Assembly (NCBI GenBank): GCA_012295275.1
Contig: CM022672.1
Coordinates: 9,982,001-10,046,000, forward strand
Origin: Chrysomallon squamiferum
Taxonomy: Eukaryota; Animalia; Mollusca
Direction of reading: 5' to 3'
Length of the DNA: 64,000 bases
In this document: positions 1-12,343 of the stretch, piece by piece
Position numbering within the stretch: the stretch's first letter is position 1
How the letters are laid out: each line of letters opens with the position of its first letter
Position numbers and translations under genes: made by a program
The notes under the pieces: model-generated
Seen by the model: the letters and a program-made list of their open reading frames with translations, nothing else
Database searches by the model: none
Told to the model about the DNA's origin: nothing

Positions 1-93
1 AAAAAAAAATAAATAAATAATAAAAAAAGGAAATGTCTCTAATCTGATTTGTTAACATAAGAATGTTTGTGTTGAAAATGTTGATTATTTTAC

Positions 94-1933
94 CTATCGT
101 CTTCTTCAGCTCTGATACAGAACCTTCTAACTCATGGTTTTGACTCAACAGCTTGTCCCTTTCACTTGACAGTTGGGTTACCTGATACAGAGATAAACAG
201 AACAAAATTATCAGTACTGTTATTTTATATAAATAAAATTATTTTTTATTTAATTATCTTTTTTTTTTTTTTTTTTTTTTTAAATACAAGTGCTTCTTAA
301 ATAAAGGTAATTTTGGTAAATTAAAGTAAAATTGCAATGTATGAAATCAGATTTTACGGTAACGAGAATTAACAAAAAAAATAAAATAAAATAAAAAATA
401 CGACAATAAAACAAAAACACAAAAAATATTTGGATAAAAGAGTAAATCTTGTAAGATACGACATAATGACATTATGACAAGACAGACCTGAGTGGACACT
501 TCCTCCAGCTCATGACGCAACTGTTCTATATAATGTTTATACTGTTCAGATGTTTGGTCCTGCTCAGCCTTTAAGCTTTGGAATGATTCTTCATACTGCA
601 AAAATAACCAACAGTGATATTTTGCATGTACTGTACAATAAAAATACAATCTATAAGGAGAGGAAATACGGTCTGGGAAAAGATCATCTTAATATTGCAT
701 ACTGAAAAAAATATCCTATAATGAATCATGACAAAAAAATGAAAAAAGAAAAACATTTCACCAACAACAAAACAGTGAGAGAAAAATGTTGATTTGGGCC
801 ACTACTTATAGATGTCATTTTGTTATCATTGAAAAAATGTAAACCATAGCTGCTGAATTATTTTGGATTGCAACCATAATTCTGTGTTACAATTTGTGTA
901 CAAATTTGTTTTCTATTGCTACTGCTCAAAATATAAAATATAAAATTCTTTGAAATGTTTAGAATAAATAAATAAAGAAAGAAAGATCTACAGAAAAAAG
1001 AAACTTGCAATAATAATAAAGGAATATTATTTACCTGTTTTATTTTTGCTAAAAATTCAATTTTTTCCTGCTGCAATTGTTGAATCATTTGAATTGATTC
1101 TGCTGAAGATTCAGTCTCAGAGGATAACTTAAATAAATAAAAAAGTATATAAGATAAAAATGGTTCATTTGTAGGTGCTTTTTTGTGGTGATTCACTGTT
1201 TAAGGTTGTTTTGTGTTTTTTATACTCAACAATGATTTAAAAATATCAATATGCATTTACAGTATAACTGAAAAAAAAGAAAAAAAGTAAACATATAAAT
1301 AATAATAGCATTCAGAGACTAATCTCCCAGTTATTTGAAAGATTTAATTCAAATATCATTGGAAATTCTTATTCAGTCACATTTCACTTTTTCTTTTATT
1401 TAAATTTAGTTTTTCCAGTTCACATTATGTGAAAACATTTTACTACATGTCAGTTGTGAAACCAGATTAAACATCAATTTCATCTTAAGTAAACTGTTCA
1501 ACAATTAAATATATAAATTGGTTTTTTTTTTATTAATATATATATATATTTTTTTTTTTTTTACTTATAAGTATTATTAATAGTAGTATATTCAAATGCA
1601 AATAATATACATTTACAAATGAAAAAAACTTACTTGTTTTGCATAAAGGTCAGCCATTTCAAGTTTCTTAGTGAGTTTATTGACTGACTGTTCTAACTGG
1701 GAACATTCTGCAACCTGTAAAATAATTATTATCTATTAATATTAATCAACATTATCACAATTTTAGAATCCATAAGTATCTATAATCCTTTTTTTTTTTA
1801 TTTTGGTATTTTTAGAGTTATTGTTCAACTTAAAATTCCAACTAATTTGAATGCAAACATTCAAACTGAAATATTAATCTGCTATTTTATTTTTAGTTGA
1901 AAGCTTTTTTCGTTAAAAAAAAAAAATAAATAA

Positions 1934-1972
<39 letters not shown>

Positions 1973-2518
1973 ACAGCTTTATTTGTTTTTCTTCAGATAT
2001 CTGTATCATTTTCATATTACAATTAGCTGGTTTATAAATTACAGCATATATAATAAATTATACAGTTATTTGCAAATATTAACAAAGACCAGACAAATTC
2101 TTCATGTTACCTTTGCTGATAGTTTTCCACCCAGTTCCTGTGTCTGGAGTTGTAGTTCTTCTTTTGATTTACTGTAAAATGAAATAAAATAAATTAATAA
2201 ATAAAATAATAAAAACAGTAATATAAATAATAATATTTCATTAAATTCAGCCATTAATTATTTTCTTTCTTTTTTAACCATTAAGATTTTAAAACTGTTT
2301 TCTTTCTCAAATAATCTTTTTCATATCAATGAACCATGAATATTATTATTAAAAAATTAATTACAAATTAAAAATTTCAAAGAAACATGGATAAAAAATT
2401 GAGAACACACGTGGCTTTATAAAGATCCATCTTCAATCTATCCACTTCTTTAGCATATTCCCGGCTTGACTGAAGAGAAAAGAAACATTCACTATATATG
2501 TGCACACATACACAAACA

Positions 2519-2555
<37 letters not shown>

Positions 2556-2695
2556 CTATGATTGAAAACAATTTCTTTGAAAAATACCATAACACACTTA
2601 TCAATCATTACATTAAACACAAAAACAAAAGGTAGAATGTGTTATTTCCTTTCAAAATAAATATGAAAAATTATATTAGTGAATTGACAATCAAT

Positions 2696-2753
<58 letters not shown>

Positions 2754-5700
2754 TTTTTTTTCAGATTTTGTATTTTATAAGAAAGCTTGACTGAGGCTCA
2801 ACATAATATTACTGGCATTCTGGAGAATCAGTTATTTATGAAAACTAATTTAAAAAAAAGATAATAATACAAAGTTTGACAAAGTGTATTTGTGATATCT
2901 TTTTAATCTGCGGGAAACTAATGCTTTGATAATTACATGCTGCTAAGTTATTTTTAAAAATAATTTTATGAATCCTTACATAGGATATATTACATGAATG
3001 GAAAAAGATGAAAAGAACAAAAATCAACAACAAGCACAAAAAATAAAACAAGGTAATATTTGAATCAATAATGGAAACCATTTATGAATGCCATTTTCAT
3101 AAATTAAATGATTTGACACTGTTCTTGGCATATTAAAAACAATATTAAAAAATATTAAAAAAATAAAACAATTGTTTACAAATTTAAATTTAAAATAAAT
3201 GTAATGGGAATGACATATATTTACAATATATATTAAACAGCTTATACCATTAAATGACAATAAGCAGAACAACATCTATTTATATAGTTTAAAATAGAAA
3301 TAATATGGCATATGCACAAAATATCCAGACCTCTGTAATACCAAAATGTGGAAAACTGGGTACCCATACACTAGCAAATATAAGTAACTCACCTCAGCAG
3401 CAGTCTACAATACGACATTTAAAAACATCTCTCATATTTTCAATTTTACTATAAAGGATGTTAATTGTGGATCAAATATTTGATGGGAGACATATTAAGT
3501 ACATTACTATTTACTTGGGTAAAATACAATGAACATATTAACTATAATTAATTTGATTAATTTTTATTTGCTTGATTCAGTGATTTTGAATGGGGATGCA
3601 TGTTGTATGTATATAGAAATAAATGAAGGAGGCAGTGAGAGAAACAAAGCAAGGAAGATAGGTGAACACACACACACACACACACACAGACACATCAACA
3701 GAAAGACAAAGACAGTAAAGAAAAAATAGACAGTGATAAGGCAAGTGTTTAGTGAAATATAGTTCAGTAATAAAACAGACAGGGATGTATAAAACAATTT
3801 TTTAAAATAAACTAGAACCTTTTCCAACTGTTGACTAGACTGAGAAGAGGAAGAGAGATTTCGCTCCAGATCAGCCACTCGCTGTCGAGATGCCTTCAGT
3901 CTTCCACTCAGTTCTTCTATTTCATCTGAAAATATACAGATATATTCATACACTTACATATTTTACACCAGTCTAAAACAATGTTTCCATGTTTGAAGAC
4001 CTCTACTGCAAAAGGACTTTGCCAAAATAGAGTTGTTTGATGCACTGGCTGATCATAGCTTCATCATGACAAACCTAATCAGCTGTAAAATCATCGACGT
4101 CCACCAGTAAAACACTGGATTTTTAAGGATATTTTAAACAGGCTGACATCCTTTTCAATATGTGGGTTTTTTTTTAGTATTTTTAAAAAAGATTATAAAG
4201 GGTCTGTAACTACACTCTACATCTGTGAAAATGCAACAACAATCTTTAAACAATTTGTTCAGTGTTTATTACTTTCATCATGTAATAAATGAATCTCCTA
4301 TGAAAATAGTACAGTAATATAATGTTAGCTATTAAAGGAATTTAAAAAGAAATTCCTAACAAACAAATAAAATATGTGAAATTAACAGTGTTAAAATGCA
4401 GTATTAAAAAAATGAATGCAATAGTTATGTATTATTATATATAGACTGTGATTAACGTAATAACTGTTTTATTATATACAGGCTGTGATTAATTATTTAT
4501 TTATGTATTAAATTCAGACAATGATTAACATAATAGTAATGTATTATTATATACAGGTAATAGTTACATATTATATTCAGACTGTATTAATGTAATAGTT
4601 ATATTCAGACTATGGTTAATGCAATAGTATTGAATTATTATATACAGTCTGTAATTAATGTAATAGTTATTATTATATACAGAGTGTGATTAATGTAACA
4701 GTCATGTATTATTAAATGAAGATTGTGATTACTGTGATGGTTATGTATTTTTATGTGTAGACTGTGATTTCTTTACTAGGAATACACAGACTGTTGACTC
4801 ACCAAGTCTCTGGACAGCTATTCTCTGACTCTGTCCAACCTGGGACTGTAGTTCTGTCTTTTCTGCTACTAGTATGCCAATAGTCTGTATATGAACCTAC
4901 AGTAATAAAGTTTATTTAATTTGTTGGGGTTTTTTCCACAGATCATTACTTTCCTTGATAAAATTAGTATATTCACAGAGGTAAAAATATTTAATGTGAA
5001 ATAACATAAAATAAAATAAAATAAAATAAAATTTATAAATAAATAAAATAATTAAAAAACGAAAAGAAAAAAAACAATTGTAATTGAACAGTGTCTACGA
5101 CTATTTTGCCTATATCATAGTTTTATTATTATTATACATGTATAAAAGCTTCTATTTTTACCCATTACTGACAATAAAAACACGTAAACAAAACAAACAA
5201 AAAAGAATTAAAAATTAATAAGGATTTAATTCAAACAAGATATTTATATGTTAATGATTTTGATATGTCAAACTATTAAGTACACTGATTCTGTTGTCCC
5301 TAGTCAATAAATAATTAAAATATCTTTTATGCATCTTTTTTCACATTCAAGTATAGTTTGCACCACTGTGTGTTATAGGCTGATGGTGGAACATTGGTTA
5401 GAATAGCATATTTTGTAAAAGGGGAGTAACTCTCTGTTTCAGTATCTTACCTGCAGCTGTTCTTTTAATGCTCCAATTTCTTTTTTGTGTTTTTCTTCGA
5501 AAGACTCCCTTTCTTTCTCAATTTGTTCTTGAAGATATGTTGCATGGTTTCTCTGAATAAAGAACAGAAGAAGGTTTCAGGCTTGTGAAATAAACTTTAA
5601 TAGAATCAAAACAAAAATTAAAAATACCAAGATAATGTTTGAAGAGGAAGATATTTTATCAACTGCCAGAGCAGTGTAACAATTATTTTTTTATCATTAT

Positions 5701-8700
5701 TTTCTTAAAGTCAGTTTACTTTTATAAAATAGTTTTTAGCATCTTATATTAAAAGCTTATTTAATCACTTACAATTTGGTCTATTTGTATAGAAAGTTGT
5801 TCATTTGACTGTGAAGTTGTTTCTACAAATGAAGCCAGCTCACGATTTCGTTTCTGAAAAGCAGTAATTAAAACAAATCATTAGATGATAAAAAAAATAG
5901 TTTAAAAAAAAAAAAAAAAAAAATATTTATATGAATGATTAGAAAACCACACCTTTAGATAAAATTATTTGTATGAAAATGAGCCCAACTTAGCTAATTT
6001 GTATTAATTTGAAATCATAACTCTGAGGGCTATTGTTATTAGTTATGTGTGTGTCAGGATAACATATCACTATCACAACAAAGAAATCATGGGAGGAATG
6101 TTTGAATGGAACATAGCTTTTACACACACACAGGAGGATTGATTCTATACAAGCCAAAATTGTAAAAGAAGGAAAGATACTATTTACTTATTTCTTATCT
6201 ATCTCATTCATTACCAAGCAGTAATTAAACATGATTGTACATCTTATGATAAAATAATATTCACAGTAAAAAAAATTAAAAATCCAATAAAAAAAAAAGA
6301 AGAATATAACGAAGTACATTTCCTGGGAATTAAACATAAACAGGTAGCTAAAGGTAAGTTATTGTTTTTTTAAATATAAATGTATGTAAGTTTTTTGAGA
6401 ACTTACTTCAAGTTCAGATATACTAGAAGATTCCATATCTTCCCCATTTACGTAGTCTGGTGACTGAAGAACAAATAAATATTTAACATGTACAGTGAGA
6501 ATAAACATTAGAATCAATTAAAATATACCCAGCTTTTTAAGTAGAATTCATGATAAGGACAAAGTAGATCATATTTAATTTTTTTTTTTTTTATAATTTT
6601 TTTTTTATCAGTATCTGGGGAGAAAACAATTCTGTTAACCTGTATACCTGATACGATAAGTTAATTTTTTTTATTTTTTTTTTTTTTTTTTTCCTTATTT
6701 TATATAAAAATAAATTTTCAATTTAAACAGAATTGTGGATTTCTTTAAACTGTGTGTTGTTATTTATTGTTTAGAAATATGCATGTATCTAAAAAGTTAG
6801 TAATTATAAATAATGAAACAAAATAAAAATTAACATCTCAAGCATACCTCTGCTAAAATACCATTTATCTGCCTGGACAGCTGCTGAAGGCTTTCAGTTG
6901 AAGATGTCGCTCTAGAAATATCAGTGAAATATATTACAGCATCTGTGTGCATGTATGATTAATAATAATAAAGTAGATGTGCACATGCAAGTAGATAATA
7001 CCAGCTGCACTGGTTCTCCACATTGTTTCATTCTTCTAGTTCTATTACAAAACTTTGAAATAAAACTTAAAAGAAATCTAATTAGTTAATTTATAAAGCA
7101 ATTTACTATAATAAAAAGGTAATGATATACAAGATTATTAATTGATTATGTATTTCATTTAATTACTGTCGTATAAATCAATTTGAAATAAAACTTTCAA
7201 AATATAAAAAATAAAAAATTAAATATGATTTTCTCTGAACTTATCAGTGGACTCAAATATGCTTATTGTAAGAAAGCATTTTAACAGGAACAAAAGCAAA
7301 CTGTATAAATGTCAAAGAAGAAATATTAATTTTAGATTGAAGTACTTGCATTACTGAAAATAACTAAATATACAATTAGTTTATACAAATAAAGTTTCAG
7401 TTTAGTAGACTTAGAATGGCAGATCTCTTTCTTTTTTCTTTTTCTTTTTTTAAATTATTTCACATAAGGCTGAAAACACACAGTGTAAAAACAAATACCT
7501 GTCACATGTTTGAAGTTTCCCATTATCATTTATATGTTAAGGGGTACACCTGTTAACTGAATATATGTTCATATCTAAATTTCACTGCAATCCAATGCAC
7601 AACAGTGTATGTTGAGAGACTATTATTTCACCTCAAACAAAAATCTACAAAGCTAACCACTTGCAAACTAATACATTAAATAAAGACTATTTCCTCAGCT
7701 GAATACCTTTTATTTACAGTGCACACACAATATATTTGGTGGAAGGATTTCCCTTCTAATTATGTGATGTAACAGCAGTACTAAAATATTCAAACTGTTT
7801 GATGATTAACTATTTCTAAAGGAAAATAAGAACAGCATTGTAAGTAATAAGAAGTTGATGTTAGTGAAAACAGAGAGTAAAGAAAATAAGAAAAAGTGTT
7901 TTAAAAGAAAAACATATTAACATTAACAATACTTAAAAATGATCTGGATAAAAACATGTTATAATTACTTCATCAATTATCATTTGTCTCAACAAGAAAT
8001 AAATTATTAAAATGTTCACTTCTTATTGTGTTTTTCAGATGTTTTGTAGTGATTACAAAAAGGCATTTTTAATGCACAAAAGATTAATATATGAACACAG
8101 ATTTTTAGGTGTTAATATAAGGGGTTAAATTAAGCACACAAGACACACTCAAAAAAAATAAATCATAACTCAAACAAAGAACCAAAATGGCTACCTAAAT
8201 GCTGTGGCAGAAACCTTCAATTATTAATTAAAACTATCAATATATCAAAATTTAAAAACAATGTTAACCAGGTCATCATAGTAAACTTTATAATTTTAAT
8301 GATCTGAGAATTGTTATAAATCATTACAATATTTTGTCAATTTAATTCAAACTAAAACGTTTATTAAAAACAAACACATTTGTTAAGTATTTTAAATTTT
8401 TAATTTTTTAAAAATAATTATTATATTTTATAGTATAATATATATAAATGAAGATGCCACTTTGTAGTATTTTTAATACATAGAGGAAAAATTCTGAAGG
8501 CTACTGCATGCTAGAAATAAACTACATGTACAGAACTCTGAATACAATGTGCATATATGCTGACATTTCCAGGACAACAAATAATATACCTTGATGAATT
8601 AAACCATTCAATGTGTGGATCAGTGTGATGATGATCTGAGGGATTCTTTATAAAAGAATTAGCTGAAAGTCTGTATATAAAATAGCAAAATAAAGATTTT

Positions 8701-11273
8701 TTTTTTTAAATAACTTAATATTTTATCAGAACTTGAGGGCATAACTACAAGTTAATATTTTATCAGATCTTGATTATATAATTTATAATTTAAAAATTAA
8801 ACATTTTAAACAAGAGAGAGTTATATAATTATATATTGCCAGAAACTATATATTGCATTCATATATTAAACTGCATTAATAAGTTTACATAGTTTTTTTA
8901 TGTCGGGTTTTTTTAATAATTTTCTACTATATTTAAGAATATTGTTAAATTTTATAACATGATTAAAAATACAAAAATAAATTTAAAAAAAATAATAATA
9001 ATTTGAAGGTTTGGAGTTAAACTAAACCAAATAGTGTCCGAATGTTATTTTAACTGCATTTTTACTATATGTGAACAAATATTGTTGGTTTTGGGGGAAC
9101 ATGTGAAAAATAATTTATGTTTTCACATCTAGTATTTAAACATTTTTAATACCAGTAATAAAATAAGAAAAAAAAAAATCAAAACATGTTTATAATTTGT
9201 TTTCTATATTTATTTCTCTGTATTGATATTTATTAATCTGTTTGGAGTATTTATTTATTTACTGTTATAATAATACTTCCGAGGGATCATATCAGTATTA
9301 TGAATGGAATGTATCAACTAACAAGTTAAATATTTGTATAAGTAATAACCAACCTGGAATCAACATTTTCTGAGTTAGGAACTGGGACTGAACTTGAAGA
9401 TTGACTCTGAAATAGAAATATAGTTCTTTACAGAATAAAAATAAGAGCAGAATTATGAGCAATAAAACACTTCTTTTAATTGAATCTTTATCTTCTTTTA
9501 TTTATAAATGATGGAAAGGATAAAATGTTTCATTTAACTAAACACCCAAAACACTTTCACTCTATGGCATTATACACATAAGTAAGGATTACACAAGAAG
9601 TGACAAAATATTTTATTAAACTCTGCTGGCTGTACTTTATATATACTCAGATACTGCATTAAATATAATTATTCAGCACCATCTATCACATCAGTGACCA
9701 AAATTACATAAAGCTTTAAATGTCTGAAAACACTAAATATGTAAATAATTAAATAAAAAAATGATTTAAAAATTTCTTCAAACTGATATTTGCAATCTGA
9801 CATACTCAAAGAGAGAAAGATAAACAACAGTATGCTTGGTTTCATGTTTTCTTGAGACATATTTAAAAACAGAAAATACAAGACTTCTTAGTTTGATATT
9901 TTAATTATTATTACAGTTATGCCTACTTCATTTGTGTCTGAATTAACTACTTGTTCTGCAGGTTTAGGTTTTTTGCTGTTGTCTTTGTTGTTTGTGATTT
10001 TTGACGTCCGTGTTGCTGGGGAGCTGCTTGGAGAACGGCTTGATTTCTGTTGGAACTGCTTCAACTAATGAAATGAGAAAAAAATAAAAAAAGCAATTAA
10101 TAATTAAATAAATACCATTTACTATGTAATAGTTAAAAAAAACAAGTTACCTAATTATATACTACTAAATTGTTATTACTATTTGTATTGGATGTGTTTT
10201 ATCACAAAACACAATATATCCATTAAATGTTTTTCAGAGAAAAGACTAATGACATGGACTTTTAAATTTTGAAATAAAAGCATAATTCTCAGTTCCAATA
10301 TATTTAGATAATATGGTGTTTTACCAAATGTGGAATCATATTTGGCTACCCATAGCTTAGTGACAGTAGCTTTTTCTTTGTATGTTCTCTTTATTGCCTT
10401 TTATGATGAAACCCTTCATTTATGTGTTAAATAAAAGTATTAATAATAAATGTACCAAGAGACTCAACTAGAAATCTCAATTACAAGGACCACAAATAAA
10501 ACTGTGCCTGATAAAACTGTCTACCATGTTAGTAACTATTTGTTTTACTGATTAAATGGATTTTAAAATAAACAGTTATGAACTTTTGTTAGGATTATCA
10601 TCTAATATAGTGATTAGTTATTTAACAAATTTGTTCAAATTCTCTTTTAATTAATAATCTTTGATTAAAAAAAAAAATTCAAAGAATCATATATATTATG
10701 TAATGAATTTATATTAAATGTGTATGTGTGTATATATATAATCATAATGTGCATGATCAAACCTTCAAGAGGATTTAATTTCATGTATATCTCCCAGATG
10801 ATTGCAGAATGTCATGATATGATTATTTATAGTACTAGTATTACAATATAGAATATTAGCAGCACTAACAGTAAAATGTTAGGAATATTCTAACAGTAAC
10901 AGTAACAGCAAAACCAAATCATTTGTCGATAAAAAGACTGAAAATAAAAGCATATATTATGATACTACCGTTTCATCACCATTAATAGAATTATATGTAG
11001 TAACAAGTAATCTGATTTGTGTTCTTTACAGACCAGACATTCTCCATGGAAAAGTTTTGAAGTATCAGCTGTCACTGAAAATTCCTAAATTACATTCCGA
11101 TAAATAACTGACAAGTAAGGAAATTATTTTAAGTGTAAAATAGTAATTATTTATTATATCATGTTTATTTAATTAATGCAAATATATCAGAATAAAAATT
11201 CTTGAAAATAAAAAGGAGAATTTACCCTCTTCTTAGCAGCAGCTATTTTTTCCTGTTTTGAGCTGTCGGCCAT
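94..11273 (-). CDS. GOLGA2: Golgin subfamily A member 2 (GM130), 5' part; continues beyond the left window edge
   Basis: Phase-consistent GT-AG exons on the minus strand: 11273-11226, 10064-9927, 9406-9354, 8670-8590, 6911-6848, 6463-6407, 5853-5773, 5552-5451, 4896-4803, 3925-3819, 2469-2411, 2171-2111, 1714-1634, 1127-1035, 595-488, 181-94. The translation has GM130 hallmark segments: MADSSKQEKIAAAKKRLKQFQQK, SSTESLQQLSRQING, EQLQVHIQTIGILVAEKTELQ, LSGRLKASRQRVADLER, followed by coiled coil. Confidence 0.93.
4420..4770. repeat. Degenerate minisatellite of roughly 40-bp units in a GOLGA2 intron
   Basis: Recurrent unit close to TTATGTATTATTATATACAGACTGTGATTAATGTAATAG, about 8-9 degenerate copies. 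Confidence 0.75.
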
Positions 11274-12343
11274 TTTCGGCCATTCGCATGCATACGCATT
11301 TTTGACACGCAGTCCAAATACACTTTCTTTCCAAAAGTTATTTGAAATTTGGATGACATAATTATTATCCGTTTTTATTTGTTAAAACTGTTATTGAAAG
11401 TAAATAAAATCAATAATAGTTATTAATCAAATTAATAAATTAAATTAAAGTAATCTAATAATTTTAAAGAATAAAAATGACATGACATCTTTCCATTATG
11501 CTTTTTGGCTTGGTTTTCTAGCTGTTACAATTACATTTATATTTGTTCTTTTCTTCTCTAAAGATAAACTTAAATTTGCATCTAATTGTATATTTATTAC
11601 AATTAATATAGGCAAAGAATAAAGTTTCAAATTTATTTATTTATTAGATATATTATATATAAACATTAATTTAAGATATTATTTATTGATTACATATGGA
11701 AGTAAATTAAGACTTTAATATATTTTAATAACTATAAAAACACATAATAAAATAGATATATAACAATGTTTATGAAAATATATTTTTGAATTTTGGAGTG
11801 TGAAAGTAATTTAAAATATATATATTGTCTAAATTTAGTGTTGAAGATAATTTTGACTATTTATTTAGGTATGTGTTTTCTATTCCTCATTTTTTCTCTT
11901 TTTTTATGGGTGTTTGTTATTTTTACGTTTTTACAATTCAAGCATCGTATTCTGCCGAAGACAGGGTTTCTTTTCTGATAGCAATATTTTTTATGGCTGT
12001 TTTCTGTATTTCATCACATATTGAATTATCTTCTCCTGGAAGATTTTTGTTGCGCTTTCTTGACAATAATTATATGTAATACAATTTACCACTAGTGAAC
12101 AATCTATTATACTGCGGATTAATTTAGATATGTCTTTTAAGCAGCTCTTAGAGTTCTTTAAAATAAATTTGTTTCCTCGAAAGAACTTAAATTTAATATT
12201 TTAGTTTGTTTTCATTCAATAATAACTTCCATTTTAGTAAATTTATATAAATTATTAACCAACATTTGTTCCGCGTTGTAACTTCCTTTTCGAATACAGG
12301 AAGTGTTGTAGGTCACACGTGGTACTGTAGCATTTTTGGCAGT
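11274..12343. promoter_or_regulatory. Divergent (head-to-head) promoter region of GOLGA2 and DNTTIP2
   Basis: The start codons are about 1.07 kb apart and face away from each other. A YY1-like GCCATTTT overlaps the GOLGA2 ATG (11269-11276). A canonical E-box CACGTG lies at 12316-12321 just before the DNTTIP2 ATG. CpGs cluster locally near both starts. Confidence 0.55.

Noticed and set aside
7499-8215. Possible additional GOLGA2 cassette exons near 7499-7556, 7707-7755 and 8195-8214
   Set aside because: They contain in-frame stops or have lengths that break the phase-2 frame.
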